From assembly GCF_006345805.1 (NCBI RefSeq), contig NC_043003.1, forward strand, positions 64,666,001-64,730,000: a stretch of DNA of 64,000 nucleotides, given 5' to 3'. Below the pieces are notes generated by a model. That model did no database searches and had not been told where the DNA came from. It saw nothing but the letters and a program-made list of their open reading frames with translations. Each line of letters begins with the position of its first letter. Positions within the stretch are counted from its first letter, which is position 1. The translations under genes were made by a program, and so were the position numbers. The DNA comes from Octopus sinensis (Eukaryota). This document shows, one piece after another, positions 29,015-43,058 of this stretch.

Positions 29015-29445
29015 CTCTTTTACTTGTTTCAGTCATTTGACTGTGGCCATGCAGGAGCACCGCCTTTAGTCGAGCAAATAGACCCCAGGACTTATTCTTT
29101 GTAAGCCTAGTACTTATTCTATCGGTCTCTTTTATCGAACCGCTAAGTTACGGGGACGTAAACACACCAGCATCGGTTGTCAAGCGATGTTGGGGGGACA
29201 AACACAGACTCACAAACGTACACACACACTCACACACACACACACACACGCACATATATATATATATATATACATATATATAACAGGCTTCTTTCAGTTT
29301 CCGTCTACCAAATCCACTCACAAGGCTTTGGCCGGCCCGCGGCTTTAGTAGAAGACACTTGTCCAAGGTGCCACGCAGTGGGACTGAACCCGGAACCATG
29401 TGACTGGTAAGAAAGCTACTTACGACACAGCCACTTCTACGCTTG
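29015..29445 (-). mobile_element. SINE family B, full length
   Basis: Reverse complement of the 37774 copy. Confidence 0.85.
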
Positions 29446-30620
29446 ATACGATCTTTTAGCTAGATTTCCTGTATCAAAATTACGCAGTGTCCAACGCTGC
29501 TGATGCAGTCATCATCCGTCGCTGAGATTCTAAAATCTACATAGCTTTATCTCACTGTCTCCTGTGTGTTGCTGCTGTTCATGAAAAAAATATTTAAAAA
29601 GGAAGTTAGAAATACACAATAAATACATTGGTTCAGGTTCAGTTCCTTAATTTTTTATTTATCAATTCGTAAGCCTTGGGAGTGGATTTGGTAGAGGGAA
29701 ATTGAAAGAAGCCCGTCGTATGTATGTATGTATGTATGTATGTATGTATGTATGTATGTATGTATGTATGTATGTATGTATGTGTATGATGTTTGTATGT
29801 CTGCTCCCTCGCTATCGCTTGACAACCGATGTCGGTAGGTTTACGTCCCCGTAATTTAGTGGTTCGACAAAAAGAAACCAATAGAATTAGTACTAGGCTT
29901 ACAAAGAATAAGTTCTGGGGTCGATTTGTTCGAGTAAAGGCGGTGTTCCAGTATGGCCGCAGTCAAATAACTGAAGCAAATTAAAGAATAAAAGAGCTAT
30001 TTAACCAATTGACTAATCGATTTTGGGGTTAATTGTTCGGCCAATAACCAACTAGTTAATTTTATTAAAGTTCTTTCATCACCATTCGCGACCTCATCAA
30101 TGACATACCCTCTCCACTCCAGGTCTTCTTCAGTCAACTGGCTAAATATCTAACTAATTCACAAATGAAAGTAAAGGAGTGATATAAAACCAGTGCGTGT
30201 GTTTATTATTGGCATATGGCCCTTTTCCCGAGATACAACAAAATGTTTTAACACACGAATTCACATCAAGAATCTTGCAAACCAAATACAAATACGAAAT
30301 ATAAATAGAAAGTAAAATTCTTAAAATACAAAGACTTGATAAGTCCTGTTTCTTTGATGATTAATCCAGTAAGCACGTAACTCTGCAGATAGAATTATTT
30401 GTATTTATAGGCCCAAGTAACTTATCTGGTGCTGCTAAATATGTAACACGAAGAAGCGTTTTCTTCTGTTTATTTTGTAAACACAAATAATTTCCTGGAA
30501 ATAAAAAGAAATTAATGATCCTCAGCAAGTTATTTAATGGTTTATGGACGCCTTTTTCTTTTCGAATAGTAGTAGTAGTAGTAGTAGTAATAGTAGTAGT
30601 AGTAGTGGGTGGTGGTGGTG

Positions 30621-30699
<79 letters not shown>

Positions 30700-30889
30700 T
30701 GATAATGATACTAATGGTTTCAAATTTCGGCACAAGGCCAACTATTTCGGGAGAGAAATAAGTCGATTACATTAGTGTTCAAATGCATGCGCTAGTATAT
30801 TTGCAATCATGTGGTGTCAGGTTCAGTCCCACTACGAGGTACCTGGGACAAATGACCTCTATTGTAGATGGAAACTGTTTGGAAGCCCG

Positions 30890-30929
<40 letters not shown>

Positions 30930-31028
30930 GACACACACACATACACACATATATATACATATATTACAAACATACACATGTATATGTATGTATGTATGTG
31001 TATGTATGTATGTATGTATGTATGTATG

Positions 31029-31100
<72 letters not shown>

Positions 31101-31328
31101 CATGTAAGCTGGCGTTGGCGTGGTGGAGATCACTCTCTGAAAGCGCCAAGTGTTAGAACACCTGAGAGTCATCGACAGGCAAGACAAGTGACCCCAGATT
31201 TCATTCTGAAGTGATGGACATCGATGTTTCACGATTCTTCTGCTTCATCAACTTCACGTACTAAATTGAATCGGAGGTGAATCATACCGCTAGTCCACGA
31301 ATTATATGTGTGCACACACACACACGTA

Positions 31329-31385
<57 letters not shown>

Positions 31386-31630
31386 ATATATATTAGATAT
31401 AATATATATCGAATAAACAATTTCGAAAAATAAATTTTATCAATGGCCAGCATATTAAAAAATACGTTTAACGGTTAAATTTATAAACAACTTATAAACA
31501 AGGGCAAAAGAAAAATTCTAATGCCAAATATGCCGAAACTAGACATTGTCGATACCCATATAAATTATCACAATAAGCACGTTACTCGAAGAAAGCCGAC
31601 AGAAATTTCTAAAAAATTCCGTTATTACCA

Positions 31631-31684
31631 TATCGGACCCGATTTCAGAGTTAGTTCATAAGAACCTTCCCTTCGTCAGTGATA
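31631..31684 (-). ncRNA. Type I hammerhead motif
   Basis: TATCA-CTGACGA-[AGGGAAGGTTC TTAT GAACTAACTCT]-GAAAT-CGG-GTC-CGATA. One mismatch in stem I next to the core. Confidence 0.6.
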
Positions 31685-32052
31685 AATGCGGCAAAGACAT
31701 AAATGAAATACTTACTTATACCCATGGAAGAAGCAAACACTAAGTCATGAGCACAATTAAGTACCCCAAATATATCCAAAATAGAAATTCTCCAGCCCAT
31801 TCGAGAAACGGGCGATTCGAACTGAAACTCTCACAGAGTTATATATTTGAGTAGTTGAATGAATTATCTTATTAAGGATAATTCGAAAGATAACCGATAC
31901 CTGGGTAGCAAATTCACATCAGAAAGAACACGGTTGAAGCTACATCCCTAGGGCATAGACTACGTGTCTTCGTGCGGAAATTTGTAAGTTTATTTTAAAA
32001 TTATAAGTATATGAAAGAATGGAGTTGAACGACTTGTTAACAAATATCCTTT

Positions 32053-32137
32053 ATTCTCGACATATGTTTCGAAGGCTGTATATTCCTAATTCCGAAGGAG
32101 TAAGGAGTACATTATGCAGATTTCTCATCAGGAAAAT
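32053..32137 (-). ncRNA. Hammerhead motif, inverted copy in left arm of fold-back
   Basis: Reverse complement of 32290-32373 with intact core. Confidence 0.75.
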
Positions 32138-32289
32138 CAAGGAACTTATGTCGACATCAAAATGCACAAAAAACTTTTAGCTGACCGCTCTCAAGGATCC
32201 CATGGCGATAATATTATCGCCATGGGCTCCTTGAGAGCGGTCAGCTAAAAGTTTTTTGTGCATTTTGATGTGTCGACATAAGTTCCTTG

Positions 32290-32373
32290 ATTTTCCTGAT
32301 GAGAAATCTGCATAATGTACTCCTTACTCCTTCGGATTAGGAATATGCAGCCTTCGAAACATATGTCGAGAAT
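32290..32373 (+). ncRNA. Type I hammerhead ribozyme motif (Penelope-like)
   Basis: Stem I ATTTTC/GAGAAT; CTGATGA; extended stem II (GAA..CTGCATA..TATGCAG..TTC); GAAAC-ATAT-GTC with palindromic ACATATGT. Confidence 0.8.
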
Positions 32374-32435
32374 AAGGATATTTGTTAACAAGTCGTTCAA
32401 CTCCATTCTTTCATATACTTATATATAATATATAT

Positions 32436-32538
<103 letters not shown>

Positions 32539-32846
32539 ATATATATTGCTTTCAAATTTTGGTACAATTCCAGCAATTTGGGGGAAGGGGATAAATCAAT
32601 TACATCGACCTCTGTGTTCAACTAGTACTTATTTTATTGACCCCGTCTGATGAAAGGCAAGGTCAACCTCGGCGGATTTTGAACTCGGAATGTAAAAACG
32701 GACGAAATGCCGCTAAGTATCTTGCCCTGCGCGCTAACGGTTCTCCCAGTCACTGCCTTAATATATATATATATAGTGACCGCGTGTGTATCGTTGGCGA
32801 TTTTTTTTACTCAGTCTTCTCTTCCTTGGATATTTCATTTTCCTAT

Positions 32847-32881
32847 GTTTCTGACGAAGAGCTCCGCTCGAAACGTTAAAT
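32847..32881 (+). ncRNA. Minimal hammerhead motif
   Basis: GTTT-CTGACGA-A-GAGC TCC GCTC-GAAAC-GTT-AAAT, with palindromic AACGTT. Confidence 0.65.
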
Positions 32882-33130
32882 CCTCCTTCTTTCTTTCCTT
32901 TCCTGAGCGTCCAGTAACACTATACTTGTTCCACGTTCTCTCGTTCTTGTGTTTTCTCTTTGTGTTTTCATGTTTGGATTAACTTTATATATATGTACAT
33001 ATACATACATATATATATATTTTTTTTTTGACCGACAAGACTATCAGATGTTGCTACACATCGCTGATCACAATACGCTTCGCATTGTTCTAGCCCTCAA
33101 ACGACGCCACCCCGCTGGCTAAGCGAGTAG

Positions 33131-33170
<40 letters not shown>

Positions 33171-33979
33171 TATATATCTGTGTGTGCGTGCATGCGTGTG
33201 TGTGTGTATACGACAGTGAAGGATGTAAACATCGGCGAATTACGGGGTTTTCCGAAGTTCAACAAGTTATAAGTTCTCTTTTGTTACTCTTGCCGTCATA
33301 AATGCAACGAGCCGTTGATTGGTTTATTTGAAGCCTGCAAACAACAGCACTATTGTTCATAATTTGCGATATACAGCAAATAAGGAGTCTCATCGAAACA
33401 CATACCCCTACATCCCAGTAAAAAAAAGAAAAAATAACAATAACAGCTCAGAAAGAATAATAAACAAATGCACTGCGAATAAGGTGATAAGGTGAGAACC
33501 CCCGTTTCCTTTTCAGATAAAGAAAACGTAATTAAACGAGATAAAATTTGTGTTAAAATTTGGTTTTTTAAATGGGACGCTTTCTGAGTAAGTTTTATGG
33601 ATTTTTGCGATAACCACTTTAGAGGTTGATGATTTTCAGATGAACAAACCTTGCAATCCATTAGACAAGAGGCTGGCATAATGTGTTCGGACGTAAAGAA
33701 AATATACCATATTACTAAGCTTGTTATAACTTCTGGCTTTCTTTGAAAGCTTTCCACCAACTGACACAAAGATGTAAACTATGTGTAGTTTACATAAAAT
33801 TTACGCCGATGCAACGATAAGCAGATAATATCGGGTTACCGCTGAAACATCATTTGCAAGCGAAATTTATTTCTTTATCTATTATCCATTCTTGTTCGTA
33901 CGTTGCTTAGTAACTTCAATTTGTACATTGCTATAGAATAATTTTAAACTTTTGTGTAAGCTTATATATTTAACTGTGA

Positions 33980-34925
33980 AGGCGCGTGGCTTAGTGGTTC
34001 GGGAATTCGACTCACGATCGTAAGGTCATGAGTTCAATTCTCGGCGACGCGTTGTGTCCTTGAGCAAGACACTTTGCTTCACGTTGCTCCAGTCCACTCA
34101 GCTAACAAAAAATGGGTTGTACCTGTGTTTCAAAAGGGCCAGCCTTGTTGCATTCTGCCTCACGCTGAATCTCCTTGAGAACTACGTTAAGGGTACACGT
34201 GTCTGTGGAGTGCTCAGCCACTTGCACGTTAATTTCACGACGGAGTGCTCCTTTGGAGGCGCAATAGCCCAGTGGTTAGGGCAGCGAACTCGCGCACGTA
34301 GGATCGCTGTATCGAATCCCAGATCGGGCGTTGTGAGTGTTTACTGAGCGAAAATAGCTAAATTTCCACGAGTCTCCGGTAGGGGGTGGTGGCGAACCCT
34401 ACTGTCCTCTTTCACTACAATTTTTTTCGCTCTTTTTTCCTGTTTCTGTTGTATATTTATTTCAAAGGGCCAGCCTTGTTGCATTCTGCCTCACGCTGAA
34501 TCTCCTTGAGAACTACGTTAGGGTACACGTGTCTGTGGAGTGCTCAGCCACTTGCACGTTAATTTCACGACGGAGTGCTCCTTTGGAGGCGCAATAGCCC
34601 AGTGGTTAGGGCAGCGAACTCGCGCACGTAGGATCGCTGTATCGAATCCCAGATCGGGCGTTGTGAGTGTTTACTGAGCGAAAATAGCTAAATTTCCACG
34701 AGTCTCCGGTAGGGGGTGGTGGCGAACCCTACTGTCCTCTTTCACTAGAATTTTTTTCGCTCTTTTTTCCTGTTTCTGTTGTACATTTATTTCAAAGGGG
34801 CCAGTCTTGTCACACTGAATCTCCCCGAGAACTACGTTAAGGGTACATTTGTCTGTGGGGTGCTCAGCCACTGGCAGGTAAATTTCAACTGGAACCCTCG
34901 TCGTCGTAACCTACAGAGTGCCACG
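33980..34925 (+). mobile_element. Compound SINE family C locus with a ~330-bp tandem duplication
   Basis: 34135-34465 and 34466-34795 are nearly identical. Confidence 0.85.
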
Positions 34926-35576
34926 ATATATTTAACTCGATAAGAAATAAGGGGATTTTTTTTTATATTCTGGAGTTATTTCTCACTGGGATTTATGTTG
35001 TTTTGTTATACCACTATATGTATATAATTTATATATGCGTATAATCCGTTCATTTGATCAATGAATGTGATTCGCTGAGGAGTTCTAATAAGACTGAAAC
35101 GTTCAGAATTGTCATCATGTTTGTCAAAGGTCAGATTATTTTCCTCCTCACTGCCATGTCCTATTGTAATAACGCAGAAATAGTGTTAAGCAAATAGTAT
35201 GGGTTAATTACTATATCACGGAATTGACTTCATAAGAAGGTCACTTAGAGACACCTCAAAGGATCCAAGCCAGATGAAGCTTTTCAACTCTACTCATCTA
35301 AGAGAAGGTAACTCCAAACAAATCCTGCATATTGATCAATGCAGGGTTCATAGCATTTGTAACCCCAGACAAGTTTGAATGACGAGAGAATAGAACTAGC
35401 TTTGCATAAAAGCATGCCCGCTATAATAATATCGTGCAGTCTGTTCAGCGACCCAAGACGCCAGCACCGACACCAACACTATCACACTTGCTTCATTATT
35501 GAACTGAGGACACTTAGTTCCATGTTGTATCTTGCTGAACTTTCATTCATCGAAACGACATGGGTCCACATATCTA

Positions 35577-36013
35577 CAGGGTGATTCAAAAGTCGCCATA
35601 CATAGGAACAATTTATCGTTTTAAGACGCGACGAAAATGTTAGGAAAATAAAAATAAGAAAAAATTGGAAAATTTTACCGGTGAGTGTGTTATATTATAA
35701 GGCACAAAAAGAAAATGACTCTCCCCAGACACAACAGTTTATAAGAAGTTTTGAATACACATTGCAATACGTTTACCCTACTCATTGTGAACTTGTAATA
35801 ACACATCTGATAATATGTGTGCAAAGGAGTTGGTGATGCGTTCCTTCAAATTATTTCTTTCTTTTATCTTTCCGCAATACACTATGCCTTTCAAATGCCC
35901 CCAAAGATAGAAATCAAAAAGGGTCAGATCAGGGGATCTGGGAGATTTTATAAACTGTTTTTTTATAATAAAAATAATATTTTCCTATGTATGGAGACTT
36001 TTGAATCACCCTG
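35577..36013 (-). mobile_element. Internally deleted Tc1/mariner element
   Basis: About 32-bp TIRs, CAGGGTGATTCAAAAGTC(G/T)CCATACATAGGAA, with TA on both sides. Internal minus-strand relic PRSPDLTLFDFYLWGHLKGIVY..LKERI. Confidence 0.9.
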
Positions 36014-37773
36014 TAGTTACCATTGGACGACATTTAGTTTTCCTTCAGCTTCTAAGCTCAGTAGAGAAATTTTCACCCACATTTCCAAGCAGTCTTCAAT
36101 ATTTCCTAAATAGGGTTCCGCATAAAAACTTCATTGGCTCCACAAGATAAGGAGTGCATGCAATATAATTAAATCATATTTAATAATAACAGAATATTTT
36201 ATTAAAAAAATAACATTGTATTCATTATTTTTATAATAGTAAGGCGCAGGAGTGGGGCTGTGTGGTAAGTAGTTTGCTTACCAACCACATAGTTCCGGGT
36301 TCAGTCCCACTGCAAGGTACCTTGTGCAAGTGTCTTCTACTATAGCCTCGGGCTGACCAAAGCCTTGTGAGTGGATTTGGTGGACGGAAACTGAAAGAAG
36401 CTCGTCGTATATACATATATATGTGTGTGTGAGTATGAGTCTGTTTGTCCCTCCAACCATCGCTTGACAACCGAGGTTGGTGTGTTTACGTCCCCGTAAC
36501 TTAGCAGTTCGTCAAAAGAGACTGATAGAATAAGTATTTGGCTTACAAAGAATAAGTCCTGGGATCGATTTGCTCGACTAAAAGCGGTGCTTCAGTCAAA
36601 TGACTGAAACAAATAAAAGAATGTGTTTTATGAATATATTCTGTCTCTAAAACAATTTTAATTTCATTTAATATCAAATTAGGACCAAGTTTGCAGTGGT
36701 TGTCCATAAAGTTTAGGTACAATCGTGCAGATTTTGGAAAATCTTGTAAGGGTTTCGCGACAATGTAAGTTTGGAAAGTTTTGGGCTTCTTAATCTTTGG
36801 CATCAACAACATTTAGTCTGGCTTTGAGTGATCAAATACGTAATGCCGCAGCAATGCATTCAGAAGTAATGAAGTTCCGAAGACACACACACACAAGTAA
36901 ACACATACACCCCGCCCCGTATATAAGCACATATACGACGGGCTACTTTCAGTTTCTGTCTTCTAAATCCACTCACAAGGCTTTGGTCGGCCCAAGACAT
37001 TTGCCCAAGATGCCACACTGTGGGACAGAACCCGGAACCATGCGGCTGGGAAACAAACTTCTTACCAACACAGCCACACCAACGCTTCTTCTTGGTAGTG
37101 TTCATGGTTTAAAATTATCACCTTTGCAACGTTGAGGGTGTTACTGCTTACTTCAGCTTTTAAATATTTATTGGTTTGTAGCAAAGTTGCCGTAATTTTA
37201 TTTTCCTTCAATTCGGCCCCACTCACAAAAAACCTTGAAAAATAGTTTTAACATTTATTGTTTACTCATAAACGACATTCTTTAAATATTTAATGTGATT
37301 TTACACCTTTAAACAATTGCAGATTGTTTTCAGATATTAATCAACGAGCATGTTACCTTAAACTTTATTCATTAACAATGAATGTGGCCTTGAATTCCTC
37401 ACCCGTATTATCAACGTCTACCATTTCTTTTATTATTCTCTTTGAAGATTGAGTGTGTGACCTTATGTATTTACAGGTCCAGAACGAATGACACACTGTG
37501 AGTTAGTTGGGTGTGTTACACAATATAAGCAGACAAAGCAAAAAAAAAATAAGACTTTCATGAAATAAATGTCATATCTAGTATCATAAATGTCATGTTT
37601 TAAATTATTATGCTTTGCGTTTATAAATAGAAAATGCAGAAAATGTGAAACAGACGAAAATAGACAGAGGTGCGTTAGAAGTTCGAAAATAATTTAAACG
37701 AGACACTAAAAATATAATAGGACAAGACATTCCGGATTGGCCAAATACTGATATTGTGCTATTTGATCTCATA

Positions 37774-38183
37774 GGCGCAGGAGTGGCTGTGTCGTAAGTA
37801 GCTTGCTTACCAACCACATGGTTCCGGGTTCAGTCCCACTGCATGGCATCTTGGGCAAGTGTCTTCTACTATAGCCTCGGGTCGACCAAAGCCTTGTGAG
37901 TGGATATGGTAGACGGAAACTGAAAGAAGCTCGTCGTATATATGTATATATGTATTTGTATGTGTTTGTGTGTCTGTGTTTGTCACCCTAGCATTGCTCG
38001 ACAACCGATGCTGGTGTGTTTACGTCGCCGTCACTTAGCGGTTCGGCAAAAGCACCCGATAGAATAAGTACTGGGTTTACAAAGAATAAGTCCTGGGGTC
38101 GATTTGCTCGACTAAAGGCAGTGCTCCAGCATGGCCGCAGTCAAATGACTGAAACAAGTAAAAGAGTAAAAGAGTAAAGAGTA
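37774..38183 (+). mobile_element. SINE family B (tRNA head, CORE-like box, internal microsatellite), full-length representative
   Basis: GGCGCAGGAGTGGCTGTG..GGGTTCAGTCCC..CTTGGGCAAGT..(TA/TG)n..GACTGAAACAAG(TAAAAGAG)n. Other copies at about 534, 3990, 14830-, 17690-, 22190, 22820, 29015-, 29670, 36243, 38300-, 53725, 54232 and 56524. Confidence 0.85.
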
Positions 38184-38571
38184 TGTAAATTCAAAAGACC
38201 TTTAATGGGGATCTTCAGATTTATTGTTCCCTCAAAGGAAATTCCTTAAATATTTATTCTGATTTTCAAACTTTTAAAGTTATCTTCTGTCTTTTTTTCC
38301 TTTATCTTTTGCTTGTTTGAGTCATTGGGATGCAACCATTATGCGGCACCATCTTTAAAGGGTTCTCGTTGAACAAATCGAGCCCAGCGCTTTTAATTTT
38401 TCTTTAAAGACTGGTACTCATTCTACAGGTCTCCTTTGCCGAACCGCTACGTTCGGAGAAGGATGTTACAGGGACGAAACAAACCAGCTCTGGTTGTCAA
38501 GCAGTGAGGGATCTGATAAACGCTGACACAATGATACAAACACACACGCACGCTCAAACACTCACACGCGT

Positions 38572-38629
<58 letters not shown>

Positions 38630-40944
38630 ACACATAGTTTCTGTCGACCAAATTTCACTTACAAGCCATTGGTAGGCCCGGGACTATGGTAGAAGGTACT
38701 GAACTCGAAAAGTAAGCCATTTAATCACACATTCATGCGTGCGCCTATAATTGTAGATTTTTAAAATTGGTTTTAGTCAGAGGGGTTTGCGGTGTCCCGT
38801 TCCCCGTTAAAGAGCTTTCGAGACTGGTGAGAGGGAAGGAAGAATGATCCCTGAAACAAGAAGCCGAATGATTGCAAAAGAACAGATTCCACTAAAGGCA
38901 TCCAAGCCACCAAGTGTAGACTTTAAACCCGGTGTCAGGTTATGTTTGTCACCCAAGTGGGTCATAGCAAAATTTGAACTCAGAACACAAGAAATATTGC
39001 AAGGTATCTGACGTCTTGACAGTTTCGCCAGTCGAGCGACTTGGATGATTAGTACTGGTTTTTCGACCCCGAAAGTACGAAAAATAAAGTTGACCTTGGC
39101 AGATTTTGAACTCAGAGAGCAGCAATCAAGATACATACCGCAGATATGCTCTTACTACCTTGACAATTTGCCGAGGAAATACCTTACGTTCGTGTTTCCT
39201 TTTATTTGGGGGAAGACACATGTAGTATAGTGACTAGCACAAGCTCCACTTTGTTGCACTGTGGTAAGTTGTATTCCTCGATGATCCTGAGATCTATGCT
39301 AACTGACCATAAGCTCCTGATAGAGGCCTTCTATGTTGAACAGGTCAGAGGATAGTGGTCTGACTAATATAGATCGCCTCTTTCCAGTGGTAAAAATGGC
39401 CCTACGTAGGGCCGAAGGCTTTCCTTAAAAAAAAAGGCAGTTAGAGAAATATCGGTGACAATTCAAAATCAACAGGGTCTAGAAACATGAAAAAGTGGGA
39501 ATCCAACTGAAGGGAAACTGAAAAGATAGATGAGAGTCGAGCACAGTGTAGAAAGTCTTCGATTATTATTACGGAAGCATCAACGACAAATCAAATCCAA
39601 CAAGGCCTGAGAAAGGAAGAGCTGATAACAGTGGAGAAAGGTTGCCGATGGCTTATATACCGTTGCTTAAGTAATGTGAGTTTTTGCGCTCGCTACATTT
39701 CACGTGTGACGCTTGACCGTATGTGTATTTAATCTGTAGAACGTTCCTCTGGAGTATTTTCCCCTCAGCCATATTGCTGATATTCATAATCAGGACAGTA
39801 TATTCTCTAACGCCAGAGATTTCTTGATATGTCTTTCGCCTATTGCATGAGCCAGCGAGGAAGCTTCTACGCGAAGCCACTGCTTAAAAAAAGGATACAT
39901 TGTACAATTATAATGTAATCGTTAATAACATCTATTACCGATGTTTTTAGATATCTTATTCCTAGATATTTATGTTTTGTGAAACTGAACATGACTATGA
40001 GTTTGATGTGTTCGTATCGTAATCGCAGTTATATAGTTTGGGGTTGTAAGTAAAATTTGGTGGACTGGAATTGTGAAGAAGTCTTGGGAGATTAACTTGA
40101 TCCGTTTCATGGTTTAACGCCTCCATCTAGGTCCTGAATGTCTTTAGTTCATACAGTTGAATCATTAGAGCTAGGTCTTCTGCCTGAAGATAACTTCCCC
40201 CCACCACTCTCAGAGGCTTTGCGAAAAGTCAAAGGTACTGCCTTTTCAGCCGTGGCTAAATCGTAAAAACAAATCTCTAAACTCTAAGCATAATGGAACC
40301 GTTCATATATTGGTGTGTACAATATATCTCCTTCAAGTACCTTATTCATACAGATGCGCAATTACTTGGCCTGTGGACAATTGCCACTTAAATGCTGACA
40401 TACAGGTCACTGGAATAAAGGGACACATTCGAAGGGCTCTAGAACCACCTTGTTTTTGTTTTGTCACTGTTTCTTTCTTTTTCCAATGTGTTTCGTGGGA
40501 AAAACAATTAGTTTCACAATATCTCTCAGGCCTTTAAACTTGGGTCATAAGAAAGAGCCCAAACTATAATTTTCCATTCTGTGGTATTCATTGATTACTA
40601 TTTTACCTTTCCAAGGGTTCTTTAGCATGAAACCGTTCGGTAACATATAATGACTGTTATGAAACTAAATATGCATATGCATTACGCGCGCGCACACACA
40701 CACATGTGCGAAAACTTGGTACCCATGTGCGCATTCAACCAACCAGGGTACGTTCGATTCTAGACAGTGGCGAAGGCAATTTACAGAGAACTCTAATAGA
40801 AATATCTTGAGGTATGGTGTTCCCTGAGTTTGTAGCAAACATTTGCATCAACTTTCTGCTATCAGCATTCATATAAATGTGGCTGAACCTCACCACTGAA
40901 AACAAATCTTTTCTGCGGGTAGTCAAACGGATATAATATTCATT

Positions 40945-41365
40945 TCTTCTATCTATCTATTGCACACAGGGGGCTAAATATAGAGGGGACAAACAAGGAC
41001 AGATAAAGAGATTAAGTCTATTACATCGACTCCTGTGTGCAACTGGTATTTATTTAATCGACCCCGAAAGGATAAAAGACAAAATCAACACCGGGAGAAT
41101 TTGAACTCAGAACGTAGCGCCACATGAAATACCTATTTCTTTATTAACCCCAAGGGGCTAAACATAGAGGGTACAAACAAGGACAGACATAGGTATTAAG
41201 TCGATTACATCGATCCCAGTGTGTAACTGGTACTTAATTTATCGACCCCGAAAGGATGAAAGGCAAAGTTGACCTCGGCGGATTTTAAACTCACTATGTA
41301 ACGACTGACGAAATACCAATAAGCATTTCGCCGAGCGTGCTAACGTTTCTGCCAGCGCGCCGCCC
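40945..41365 (-). mobile_element. SINE family A dimer
   Basis: Two tandem reverse-complement units. Confidence 0.8.
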
Positions 41366-41635
41366 TGATGTAACGGAAATAATATTAGCTATGAAACCCT
41401 CAATCGCGGGAGACGACAGGCGAGTCCATTATTTACATACAAAAACACTCACAAACACACACACTTATTGTTGACATCATGAGAATTTTATAAACATTTT
41501 TGGAAGAGTGGATCTCGAAGCATATAAAGCTATATATAATAGCATGTAAATATTGGTCTGAAAAACTCTTTTCCAATGCGTTAGGTTTCCGAATCCGACG
41601 AGTTAGGTTTTTGTAAAGTAAACTACGAATTTTTA

Positions 41636-41735
<100 letters not shown>

Positions 41736-41936
41736 GTCTATTTATTTATTTATATGTGTGTTCAGCCCTGTGTGGCCAATAAAAAAAGTTATCTGTCTAT
41801 CAATCTGTCTGTCTGTTGTCTGTCTGTCTTCTTGTCTGCCTGTCTGTCTTGCTGCCCGTCTGTCTGTGTATGTCTTTTGTCTAACTGTTTGTCCGTCTGG
41901 CTGTCTTCTATCTGTTTTCTGACTGACTGTCTGACT

Positions 41937-41968
<32 letters not shown>

Positions 41969-42114
41969 GTCCTCTTTCTCTCCTTTTACGATCCCTTTTG
42001 ATCGAACCTCCCCCTTCCCTTTTTTTTTTTTTTTTTTTTAATACCTTCAAAAGAAAAGCTCTACCTTGTAATTTGTTCTATCTGTGTGCAGCCCTGTGTG
42101 GCTAATAAAGAAAC

Positions 42115-42660
<546 letters not shown>

Positions 42661-42992
42661 TTGCATGCAGGCATAACTCTAAACAAGGATTATACTTTGC
42701 TAAACTCTTCGCTTTCGTCAGACGCAGTATTTTAAAAACCTCTTAACATCGACACCCGCCCTATGACTCCTCACATCACTCATTACCGTTATTTAAACAT
42801 GTAATCAGGGAGAAACATAATATGTCAGAGGAGCCAGTCATTCAGATTGAGATTATAAAAAGCAACTTGTTGGTTAAGAAAATAGATTACAGCAGTTGCG
42901 GTTAATAACGCTAATTGCCTCTATTAAATGATAGAAATACATACATACATACATACATACATACACGTGCGCACATATATACATATGTATAT

Positions 42993-43032
<40 letters not shown>

Positions 43033-43058
43033 AAGGGTGGAAAGGAACACACGAGTTG

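Larger units (their letters stand above)
32002..32423. repeat. Spacerless inverted repeat, arms about 210 bp
   Basis: Centre GCGATAAT|ATTATCGC at 32212/32213. Arms differ by only a few substitutions and indels. Confidence 0.97.

Noticed and set aside
31218-31252. Minus-strand TTGATGA..GAAACATC
   Set aside because: No stem I or stem II pairing.
33350-33769. 139-aa non-repetitive minus-strand ORF; region also checked for an LRR exon 2
   Set aside because: No recognisable domain, LRR pattern or consistent splice sites.
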